NCBI GenBank assembly: GCA_964035545.1 | Contig: OZ037771.1 | Span: forward strand, 14,321,133 to 14,385,132 | DNA: 64,000 bases | From: Bugula neritina | Lineage: Eukaryota; Animalia; Bryozoa | Reading direction: 5' to 3' | Shown here: positions 49,152 to 61,300 of the stretch, piece by piece | How positions within the stretch are numbered: the stretch's first letter is position 1 | Layout: every line of letters starts with the position of its first letter | Position numbers and translations under genes: made by a program | Notes under the pieces: generated by a model | Told to the model about the DNA's origin: nothing | What the model saw: only the letters and a program-made list of their open reading frames with translations | Databases searched by the model: none

Positions 49152-49856
49152 TGTGTAATGATTGTATTCATTGCCACGTGTAATTTAAAGCTAATACATT
49201 TGGGTAAATTTCATGTATACTGGTAGTATGTGTTGAAAGATGAAAATAATGACACTTTTGTATACATATATATCATTGTAATGCAAATATACAATATAGT
49301 ATAATATTAACTAGTTTGTACCATACTCTTTCAACCTGTTGATCTCAAGTCAAATTATATTTTAACCAACTTAAACTTTAATAAATGAGATCAACAGATG
49401 CAACTTATTTTAATTTATGGCTTTTATGATGACTTTGACATTAGCTGTCCAGCTTTTCAAAATATTTACAACCCAAGTTGTATAATTTGCTTGGTCCTGA
49501 TTCTGTGTCATGACATTTTCTAGCACAACCCTCGACTGCGTAACCTCAAGCTCGATTTAGCTTAGAGTTGTCTACTCATGACAATTTACTGTTTTCGTCG
49601 AATGTTTACGCTTTATCCAATCGCTGTTACCCTAGTATATATATCGTTACTAGCGAGTCAAACCGATACCATGACTAACAGAATAAGTTCCTGATTCAAC
49701 TATTACGGAAAAGAAATAAATGTGAACACTGAACACTAGCGTTTTTCATAATTATAAATATTACTGTCCACCTTGGTGAAGTTTTATTCTATTGGTAATT
49801 TTACAACGTTTGATTATTGTTTTTTTGCATCTCAAGTGACTCTGCCCGTCATAAGT

Positions 49857-49896
49857 AAAACTGAAAGTGAAAGTCGGACTGAAATGTGAAACTGAA
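49857..49896 (+). promoter_or_regulatory. IRF-E/ISRE- or Blimp-1-like GAAAnnGAAA cluster upstream of SHARK
   Basis: aaaactgaaagtgaaagt..gaaatgtgaaactgaa, about 205-245 bp before ATG 50101. Confidence 0.45.
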
Positions 49897-50100
49897 CTCC
49901 TAAATTTAAATTAACTTCAAGTTCAAAGCTCAGGCTGAACTTGGATTGAAGTTCAAGTGGAAGTTCAAGTTGTTACTGATTGTAGAGGTTTGACCTGAAA
50001 AACAATTTTTTAAAGGTCACTCTAAGTTTATAATATACTTGTATAACATAAAACATATTGATATTTGAGTTTAGTGTTTTCTTACTCTTGATCGTTTGTC

Positions 50101-53100
50101 ATGAAAAAAGTATATCAGTCTCTTATTGCGGACAAGAAGCTCAATGACATTTTGAGTGATGATGCATCTAAAGAAAAGGACTTTTGCAAAAAAATTCAGT
50201 GGTATCACGGTAGAAGTATAAACCGGAGAACTACAGAAACTCTATTAAAGTCAAGTAAGTCAATCTCCTGGGCCCAAGTTTTATATAAATAATAATTCTG
50301 GTTGATTGACTCAGACTGATCAAACTTCCATATCACATTCAGTATTGTCAAAGTATTATCATACTTTTTTTGTAGAAGATTTCAAAAATGGCACATTTTT
50401 AGTGCGAGACAGTTTTTCTAGTCATGGAGAATTCGTGCTGTCAGTTCGCCATGACATATCCAAGACCAACATCTCTGTGGAGCACTTTAAAATATTAAAA
50501 AACCCTAATGACTGTTTGTATAAGCTGGGTGAGAGCTCCACTCATGAAATACACGGTAAGTTATCTTTTTATTCAACTTGGCTTTATAGACTCAATAATA
50601 CGTTAATTTCATAGGTAGTCTTTAGAAAAATTGTAATTGATGCAGAGAGATTTATTCCATAGTTGGGTGATTAGTCGCCACGAAGTTGAATTGGGGTCAG
50701 TATTTGAAATTTTAATTAAAATGAAAGCTTCATCTCCGTAGAAGATTTACAATGTATCTGATATAAAAATGTAGAGTATTATTAATTATTTTATTTCATT
50801 TCAATCAATTGATTAGATTTTCACTCCTCAATAAACCCACGCAATACGTCTACTCACCGTACAACTGTTACATTATGTATATGCTTAATATTTTTGCTTT
50901 TGTTTTATAGGTCTAGAGAATTTTATTGCCTTATATCAAAAAGAGCAGCATGGTTTGCCTGTGCTCCTAGACAAATACATACCAAAGGCTGCGCCACCAC
51001 CAGAAAGCCTGCGTACTGGTAGAACCAATGCCTTACATTACGCTATTCAAGGCGGTATCGAAGCGAATGTCATCAACATACTTCATCATAAAAAGTGTCC
51101 AAATCTCAATGCCAGAGATTCCGAAGGTTGGAACTTGTTTTTAAAATATCATTTGATCACATGACATTGTGCTGTGACCCCTTTAGTGGAGACAACTCCC
51201 ACTAATCTTTCTCACAATACTCTATAATAATATTTCTATGGTTGAGTAGGTTTTACAAGTATTAACCATTCATCATTATGTTTTATTTTATGAAATGTTA
51301 GGAACTCCAACTCTATACATGGCCTGTGAAGCAGGGATGTTAGAAGCTGTGGAACTCATGCTAAAGAAAAAGGTCAAGGTATATACCAGGAATGGTGAAG
51401 GATATAGTGCTCTGCACGTGAGTGTTGCTATCTGGTCTGGTCTCTCTCAAACCGTCAAGATTTTCACTTCTGTTTATTATTGGAATAGTTGGAGTTTACA
51501 GAAGTTTCTTAGCATTAGATCAGAATAAATCATGCATTAGGGGCGGGGCAAATGCGTCCCTATGAACAAATATTTAAGACTGTTGATGCATTTTTGTGTG
51601 GGTTTCCCTTCTAAATAATGGAATACACCTCATCAAAATTAATTATCTTTGAAGTTTCTAAAGTGGTAAAGATTCTTCAAATTTGAAGATGTTTTATTGT
51701 GAGTGAAAACTTGTATATTAAAAGATACAGCTGGTTATTTAGCTCTATAATTTGTGTTGCTCTAATGAGTTTAAGATATATATATATATTTTTCATTGTT
51801 TACCATTTGTTAGTTTAAACTGTAGTTTGAGTTGTTTACTCTTTCAAAGTACAATTGGTGCAACTTGCAGGTGGCATGCAAGAAGAATGCTGTCGAAATT
51901 GTGCAGAAGCTGCTGGATATAGGTCACGCCAGTCCCGTCAGCGTCTGTAAGCACAACGGGTATTCCCCGATGCACTTGGCAGCAATTGAGGGCAACTTGG
52001 ATTGCATTAGAGTACTACTTAAGTATGGGGCACCGGACAGACCTCAGGACAACAATAAGTGCATTCCTTTCGAGCTCGCTAAAGAGCACAATAAGTCAAA
52101 CGTCGTCAAGTTTCTAAGTACGTGGTTTTTATTCTCTGGTATTTAAACTAACCTCTAATTTTATTATGTGTTGATAAAAGCTGTTTGAAGCTAAGCATTT
52201 GTTGTTTAAGAGATGGCATCGACTTGACTTGTGTTCATAAAAGTAATTGGTTGTCAGTAACAGCGGTAAACAATTAAAGACCCTGTAACATAGAACTTTC
52301 TACACTAGAATGATAGCTGTATTATTGTCATGTCATCTCCATAGATACTTATGAAACAGTGGTGGATCCAGTTATCAAAAAGGGGGATTGGCTGCATGAG
52401 CATGGGTCCCGTGTGGTGAGTTAATTGTACTCTTGTACTATGTGTAGTATCTAGTATACACTGTCACTTACATGTAAGTATAATGTATATATAGTATCTA
52501 GTATACACTGTCACTTACATGTAAGTATATTGTATATATAGTATCTAGTATACACAGTCACTTACATGTTAGTATAATGTATATACAGTATATAGTATAC
52601 ACTGTCACTTACATGTAAGTATATTGTATATATAGTATATAGTATACACAGTCACTTACATGTAAGTATAATGTATATACAGTATATAGTATACACTGTC
52701 ACCTACATGTAAGTATATTGTATATATAATATCTAGTATACACAGTCACTTACATGTAAGTATAATGTATATATAGTATCTAGTATACACAGTCACTTAC
52801 ATGTAAGTATATTGTATATATAGTATCTAGTATACACAGTCACTTACATGTTAGTATATTCTATATATATAATATCTAGTAAACACAGTCACTTACATGT
52901 AAGTATAATGTATATATAGTATATAGTATACACAGTCACTTACATGTAAGCATATCGTGCACAGGAGGCAGAGGCGCTTTTCCAGAAGCTCGGTATGACA
53001 GACGGAATCTTTCTCATCAGGAAAAGTCATCGGGGCACGACCTATGCCCTCTCACTCTGTCATGAGCAGCAAATTTTCCACTACGAGATCAAAATTCTGG

Positions 53101-56100
53101 TATGAGTGTTTTTTATGTAGCCATGGCAGCTGTCTGCAGGTGCTCTTTATGTCTCGCCAATTTATTGTTTATTCAAACTACAAATTTGAAATTATGCTGC
53201 TTAGTCTAGTTTCATGTTGTACAGCCAGCAGTAGCATCGTAGTGTGTGACTCTGCAATAGTAGTCTAAGCATCTGATTTCATCACTTGACCTAGTCAATA
53301 GTACCGCTTCATTCTTTCACTTTCTTTCTTTACATTCATGAAATATTTCTCCCGTCTAAATAGTGTGAAATTCTTACATTTATCATTGATGTTAATGCTA
53401 CTTGACTAGTGTAGTAATATTGCAATATGCAGTAATGTATTGCTATGGCTTTTCATATCAATTCCAATAATAAACTATTGTATTTTTATACATGTGATCT
53501 CTATTGAAATTTTGTAAAGTTATAGACTTAATTTTAGCCATGCTGACGGCATGGCTAAAGGGATAGTATGAGGGAAGGTTTGACTGGACGCCCTTACCGG
53601 CATTCCCAATGACTGTAAAACTCAAACTAATAGCTCAGTTTTTGTCACACTAAACAAACATCTCTACCCACTTGGACTAATTTCTACTCAACATTAAACT
53701 GATATCCTCTTATGCTGCGTTTCTGACTCTCTCTGTCTACCTGCAGAAGGACATGGTGTACTACATTGGTGACGGGCCTCTGATGATATCGCTGGAGCGT
53801 ATCGTGTCGCATTACATGCGCTTTGCCGACGGCCTGCCGTGCAGACTCAAGACTGCCGTCTCCCCACAGGAAGTGCTTGTAGACCTCGAGCTATTGAGTG
53901 GCGTGGAACCTGAGGCTGAGTTGGAGGAGAGGAGGGGTCAAGGTTAGTCTCTAGAGTTGATATTCCGTGACTCGACGCCTCGTAAATGTTGATTGAAGGT
54001 CAGCTAATGACGTCTGCTAGGAGTGGTTATCATGTTGCTATGGTTACAAGTTATAAGTAAAGCTGAGTAGATATCAATGGAGAGGTCTAGTATCTGCTTA
54101 GAGGTCAAAGTAAGTAACACAGACTCTAGTCTCATAGTTGTTGGTCTGTGGTATTTCAGGGGATGTTGATGATGTATATGATGATGTACAAGGGGCGTCT
54201 CCACCGCCCCTTCCTACCGGAAATCGTCCTGTTCTCAAGATTCATAAGTCTAAATCTGATGTGAGTAGAATTTATTCATCTTTGCTTTTTAACGTTCCTC
54301 GTTGGTATATTTTGATTGCTTTACCGGGTTGTTCCATGTTTGTGTTATAAAAAATACGAGTTTGAGTTTAATTTTGTATTGCTAATCTCTCAGTTCATGT
54401 AAACCAGAAGGACCAGATAACTCCATACTATTGCTCAGTACTTCCATATCTTAACTAGTAAGTATTGTATTTCACTGTGTAGACTAAGGACCCACTCGCT
54501 CATATACTCATTAATAAGAAACACATTACGTTGGAGCACGAGCTAGGTCAAGGTGAATTTGGATCGGTGATGAAGGGCGTGTACACAAAGCAAGAGGCGT
54601 TTAAGAAAAAGGTGTGTTGTGTGTTTACTACAATATAATGTAATATCTCAGTTGAATTGCAGCGGTATTTAGAGCTGTGGGCTTATTGGAGTGTATTAGC
54701 ATTGCTCATGTATTGCTCAAGCAAGTTTTTATTGAGAACGCAAAGAGTTATAACATTGGATAGGAAAGCTTGAAACCGATGAACAAGCATATTGCTTTGT
54801 ATGGTTAGGAAAATGCGTTTACAAAATTGGTGCAAGTTTGTACGAGTTCACACGAGTTGGTGCGAGTTTGTACGAGCTCACACGAGTTGGTGCGAGTTTG
54901 TATACTTTATTTGCAGCACATAAATGTGGCGGTGAAGACTCTACTGGAAACTCCTCTGAATGACGGGAAAGAGGATTTCCTGAGAGAAGCCAGAGTTATG
55001 TTAGAGTTGGATCATCCAAATGTTGTCAGGTTGATTGGGGTGTGCGAGGGACCACCCGTAATGATTGTAAGTCTATAAATATATAACTAGAAGACAGCTA
55101 TTGCTGCCTGTTGTATACTTTTCAGACTAAGTTTATATAAAGTATAGAAAAATGGCTTTGCTGTTGCGTAATGCGTTATGTACTGTAGAAATCTGTATAT
55201 GAACAGAACCTGTGCTACAATCACAGTCTCTTTCTTATAAGACTCCCCCCTAATTGTTTCCTGTAAGATTCCCTCTTTTTCCCTATAAAATAATTTCCTC
55301 CTTTTTACAGTTTTGGCTAATGAGTGACATTTAGTTACCAGATAACTTACAGTAAGAGTTATGTTTAGTTACCAGATAACTTACAGTAAGAGTTATGTTC
55401 AGTTACCAGATAACTTACAGTAAGATGCGTTCTGTTCATTCTGACTAGTGCTCAACGCAAGCATTCATTCATCAGTGAGTCATGAAAGGCACCTGCCTGG
55501 TATAAAAAAACCCTCAGGTCTTGCTCTCAGTAGGGTTTGGGGCTTACCTTAGCTTACTGCCCCAGTTCTTACAGAATTTGTGGCTATGCACCAACTCGGG
55601 GTGGAGGGGGGGGGTGTAGAAAACTCCAACATCTTGATATTGTATAGATCCAAGAGTTGGTGAAGATGGGATCAATGCTCGATTACTTGTGGGACAATGA
55701 AGAACTCATTAACGTTGACAAAGACCTCTTACTCTGGGCCGTGCAGATTGCTAATGGTATGCTGTATTTAGAGGAGAAGAAGTTTGTGCATAGAGATCTC
55801 GCAGCCCGGAACATTCTACTTGCCGAGAAAACTTTAGTGAGTCAAGTTTTACGCTTTCTATGTGAACCAAATTTTTATTTGACAGGTTTTTAGTCTGTAA
55901 GTCTAGCTGGCCTCTTTCAGTATAAATACATATGATACAGTCTAATTATTTCTGTTTTTGTGGATTTTAATTTAAAAAATTCATTTCTATTTTATAATTG
56001 ATATTTCTTATCAAAGAAAAACAAAATATACATATATATACACTTATTCATCATTAGAGGACCTAATAATACTGAGTTTAAGGCATTGGGAAAATTGATT

Positions 56101-57199
56101 ATATAAGTGAACAAATTATAGGAAACATTGTGAAAACTCAGATGTATAGCTGTAATTATATTACCTTCACAATCCGAGAGTCTCAAATTCTCTTATGACG
56201 CTAGAGACTACTATTAGATTTCAATTCCATTTCAGGCGAAGATATCAGACTTTGGTTTGTCACGAGCAGTCAACTCCGACAGTGACTACTACAAGGCGAG
56301 TAAGGGCGGGCGGTGGCCGGTCAAGTGGTATGCCCCCGAGTCCGTCAACTACGGGACGTTCTCTCACGCCTCCGACGTGTGGAGCTTTGGTGTTACTTTG
56401 CATGAGATGTTTTCTTTCGGGGAGCAACCTTATGGAGAGAAAAGTGGTGCAGAGGTAAACAAGACCATTCCTTGTAAAGTACAAATTTGTTTAAATTGAA
56501 AAAGGAGCAAATATTATCATTGCTTTCTACCAAACAGGTAGTTTTACATAAGATAAATAGATTGCGCAATATTTACATAGTGTGTGAATTAGCCCAATAT
56601 GTGGATGGCGCTGATAATAATTGAGTTGAAACATGTAATGCATTCAGTTTCCTATCTTATAAAAAGACTAAGGGAACAACCGGGTGTTTGCTTAATAATC
56701 ACTAGTCATAGGTTTGATTCCCAGTAAAGGCCATTTGTAATGTTAGGGAGAGTATCCAGTCATAATTGCTTCTGTACCTCAACAGAACAACTCCTTAGCC
56801 AATTAAGAAATCCTTTCCATCAGGGTTGCTCACGGGGATAGTTACTATACACCCACCTAAGTTTTGTATAATGTACAAGTAATACTGTCTCATGCAGGTA
56901 ATACGAACATGGCATTGTATAATACACTGATTACAATTGAGTTGAAGCGTATAATCTACAGGTAATACTGTCTCGTTCAGGTAATACGGATGATAGAGAG
57001 AGGTTACAGACTGGAGAGACCAGAGAAGTGTCCACAGTATGTCTACAACTTGATGCTGAAATGCTGGTCACTCAACGCTGCCGATAGACCGACCTTCAAA
57101 GACCTCTGTGCTTCCATATCATCTGACCCTTCGTTCAGTCGAGCTAAGAGTATCATTGGTCAGCAGAAGAAAAAAGGTCACAAACTTAAATATCGCTGA
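50101..57199 (+). CDS. shark: SHARK/HTK16-type non-receptor tyrosine kinase (SH2-ankyrin repeats-SH2-kinase; Syk-related); 14 exons
   Basis: Exons 50101-50254 (WYHG), 50376-50555 (GTFLVRDS), 50911-51126, 51302-51417, 51871-52117 (ankyrin repeats), 52345-52415, 52965-53099 (GIFLIRKS), 53747-53942, 54160-54260, 54483-54611 (LGQGEFGSV), 54917-55066 (VAVK), 55648-55836 (HRDLAARN), 56236-56454 ([22 protein letters not shown]), 56981-57199. Confidence 0.93.
52445..52955. repeat. 47-bp minisatellite x about 11 containing the palindrome acttacatgtaagt; runs into acceptor 52964
   Basis: Direct inspection. Confidence 0.95.
54828..54902. repeat. 30-bp x2.5 (tggtgcgagtttgtacgagttcacacgagt) before acceptor 54916
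   Basis: Direct inspection. Confidence 0.9.
55330..55425. repeat. About 34-bp x3 (agttaccagataacttacagtaagagttatgttt)
   Basis: Direct inspection. Confidence 0.9.
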
Positions 57200-58355
57200 T
57201 CGGGCAAGCTCATTGGTTAACAGATTGTGTTTGAGTCCGTGATTGGATGATTGCATGTGTCGCATTCTTTCGATGTCTTCTATGTTATATTGCTACAGTT
57301 CATTTTTGATTTATTTTTCAGCTAATTTAAATGATTCTATTCCACATACGTTCCTCCAGATATACTTACTTTATACCTCAATGCACCCAATGGTGTTTGT
57401 CGTAACATATTTTTATATATTACTTTATATTGTTCATATTAGACATATTGCAACATTACTTAACATCTGTACTAGTCATGGGTTTGTCATCATTCCTAGT
57501 TTGTGATTGTTTTGATTGCGGCCGGTGATATACTATCAGTAATTCTTACAACTTGCTCAAAGAATTAATGCGCTTGTATTAGACAGCGATAAATATTTTG
57601 CTCTGTCGAGAATGGCTCAAGTTATTTAGAAAATGTATAAATTCTGGCATCTAAAGCAATAGTTATCGTCAGTTTTACATCCAGGCCATTTGAATGAGTC
57701 TAGTAGCTGGAAGGAAACCATCGTCAAACTAACCCTTAACGCAAACCTTTGACGTACAGATTTATTTACTTGTGGTTGTCTTGCCATACTTCCTATTGTG
57801 TCAGGGATGTATTTTTAGTTTGTCTTATATTTTACATGTGATATTATTTTTAAATAATATAATATAATCTTAGGTTTTATATGTAAATAAAGTCCTACCC
57901 TACATAATTTTTGAATGCCTAAATCTGGAATATTAAATGTTATGTAATAAGTGTTACATTACAAATTATTGATTGGTTACTAGTTACTAGTTATAACAAT
58001 AATATGTAGCATACTTTATAATATTATGAATAACATGAAATTTGTAATCACTACACTTGAATGTTATGTACTCTATTATTCAACGCGCTGTTACTGCCCT
58101 GATTATTTATAACTTTTAGCTCACGAATATATTTTTCAGTTTATGAAAAAAATCAATTGCCAATAATCTATGTTTTGCAGTAAAATTTATTTTATAAAAA
58201 TATGGTTTGTAAATTCAAAACATCTGCAGTAAAATAAATTAAATATGTTCACTTAGAAGTTAATAATATTCTCCAAAACATACTAAATATTTAAGTAATC
58301 TGTATAATACTATCAAGTACACAGTCTGGTAGAGTCAGTCCCAGGCTGACTGTAA

Positions 58356-61300
58356 CTAGAGCTTCTTATACTGCTCGGCAGCGGGTGAATGGACCAATAG
58401 CAAGTCTCCTGGGGTGTGCATCAAGTCTACGATATATGCTTTGGGAGGGAATTTAATCTTTCCCTGAAATATTAGGAGTAGTAATATAACATATGCAGTG
58501 ATATATTAGTAGGTTTCGGACCTAGAAAAAAATTTCTCGGAAATATTGAACTTACACTTTCATCATTGTCAAAAAGCATGACTGTGTTCCAAGCTCTGTT
58601 GTACTCCCCTCTCTCCAATGTACTACTCACACCAATTCTGTCGCCCAAAGTCTGCAAGAAACAATGGAAATGAGGCTAATTACCAACCAATCAACTGCAT
58701 CGTATAGGACTGAGCGCTTCTAAGTTAGATGTGATGTATTGTTTGTAAATAATAAATGACTCATTTGCTTGCTTTACAGCTGGCAACGTTTGATAATCCA
58801 ACAACATCAATTCAGCCCAGCAATTGTGCCTTCTATCACCAAGAGCAAAAACTTATTCCTCAAGGTTGTACACTGTTTCTGTTACAAAACACAGCATTGA
58901 GTGGATGTAGTGGAATGAGTTGGTACCTTGAAGAGAAGAGCTCTGTGTGTGTGTATGCCGGCTTTGATAGAGCCCAGTGGTATTACATTAGATTTCCTTT
59001 CATACTTGAGTTGGCTGAGGGGCAACTCCCAACTAAACTGAGCAACATGGCTCTTCATCACACTGCCTCCCATCTTTGATGCTACAAATCTACAAAATTC
59101 ATATTGTTTGCTGTTTACTTCCCCTGAAACCAGAGTTAGACAGCATTTAGCCTGTGTTTCACACCAGAAAACTTTATAATCCTTGAAAGTCTTGTTAACT
59201 AAGTCTGGGACTTACTTGGCTAAGGCTACAACTTGATCTCTAGAGGTAGGAAGTGGCATTATCTTCTCATTGACCTCTTCAATATATTTCAACAGCTGAG
59301 GGTCTGAAGGAGGGTTGAAAACCTAAAATTTGAGGTTAGAATTTAGTCTGTTTTGTCAAATTAAAACTGATTTCATTTCCACATAAAAAAGCAGTTTTAA
59401 TAAACCAATTATATAATTGAAACCTGAATTGACTTTAAATGAAACTTGAAAAAAATTGTAGCTAAAAGTAGAATTAATATGTTAAGAATAATTGACTTTA
59501 AATAATGTACTGATTTTTTTGCTAGTTAAAAATAGCAAACAACATAATTATAAAACAGAATTTTTTAGCAAACAGCTAGTTGTAAAAATCGTTAGGAGTA
59601 GACCTACATTTTCGTTTTCCCGGGCGTTAGCTTCTTCAGCCTCTCTTAGTCTCTGTTCCTCTTCCTCTCTTTCCTTCTCCTCGTCCTTTTCTCGTCTGCT
59701 CCTAGCTTTGCTGCATATCAACACATAATGTGAGTCAGAAACCCTTTGAATAGTATACTTGTATATCCCTAACAGGGTAACACAACTCTTTATATAGCAC
59801 AATGCCTAGCTAAGTCATCTAGCAAACATCCCAAGTTCAAATTATCCAGTTCAAAGTTGTTAGAAACAGTCTGAAAGCACCTGTTACAAGCTGCCAACAC
59901 ACTAAAGGTGTCAGAGAAAACTGTCAGCTCATGTACAGACAATCGCAACATGTAGCACCCTCTGTGTGCGCAACTTAATCAGCTGTACATTGGGCAAATA
60001 ACTCCGAAATATAAAATATGCATATGATGGGTTAGTCAATGTTAGAACAACGCAATCACACATCTTCCCAGCAATTTATCAGCTCAACACAAACATGGTG
60101 GACATTTGTTAGCGTGTGTTCACTACACTGTGAAATCACAGCTTGTTAGGGGCACTCTATGTGTAAGAACCCAACGTTAGGATTGAAATACGTTGATGCC
60201 CTTGGGCTAACCTTGACAAGGTATTAGATCTACAAATTATCAAGTAGTCATGATAAGGCTGTTGCCACGGTTACTGCGTAATATGAAGAAACAGACCTCA
60301 TCACCTAAGAAAACTTGTATTAGATTTGTATAGGCATATTGTAAACTAAAGTTGTTATAGAAAAAATATTAGAGGAAAGAAATAAATATTTTACTCTAAA
60401 GTTTGCACTTCAAGAAATATTCATCGATTATTTTTAAATTTCTTTGAAATTTCAATGAACCAACAACTGTTCACATTAAAAAAATCGAACGAAGATAAAT
60501 GTTGTTGTAGGAAGTGATGCTGGCAAAGCAACGGGATTGTAAAATTCAACGAAGAAACCAAATTATAACTTATCATGAATTTAGAATAGCAAACAAAGCA
60601 TTACACGTTTTACAGATCAGTTAGCGTGAAGGAATAGTATTAGAGCTTAACATGACAACAGCAGCACAGTAAGGCGGGCATAGCACCCCCCCCCCAACCC
60701 GACATGAAATAACAGTTTACAGGCAAACTGTTGAAGTCACGATAATAAACTGTTACCTGGTGGGCTTTTTCACTTCAGGACTACAAAATTGTATAAAAAG
60801 TAACACGATAGATTCTACTAAATATCAGACGCTCTCTAACAGCGAACGTGAAAATAAAATTAATATAGTATTTAAAATATATTCATTAATTTATCACAAG
60901 TATTGTCAATGATTAAAGATAAATTGTATAAGCATATCAATTTGAAATAACTTAGAAAACTCTTACTGTACTAGTTCACTAGTTGTGGTGTAGTTATAAT
61001 GTAGTTGTATCTATAGAGTAACTGTGATTGTGATTGTAGTTGTAGTGCATGCAGTATAAACAGGTATTAGTTTATGAGATACATTTTATACACTTACGAC
61101 TTTGAATCTCTACCAGAACGAGAAGGTTTCGTGACCTTAGCATCCTCTTTTACAGCATCTACCTGCGTCTTTCCCGAGGAAGACACTCGTCTATAGATAA
61201 AAAATCAGACCAAGTCATAATGCAGCTAATAGGATGAAACGTAATGTAAATGTAATAACGTAAGGCATGATGTAAAGTGTCTGTATACAAATAATAAAAT

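Noticed and set aside
58927-59089. EDR1-like domain as an active peptidase or a plant-derived (CTR1/EDR1) transfer
   Set aside because: The domain is a normal part of animal ARMC3, and the motif here (GIHTHRALLFK) has no Cys at the putative catalytic position.
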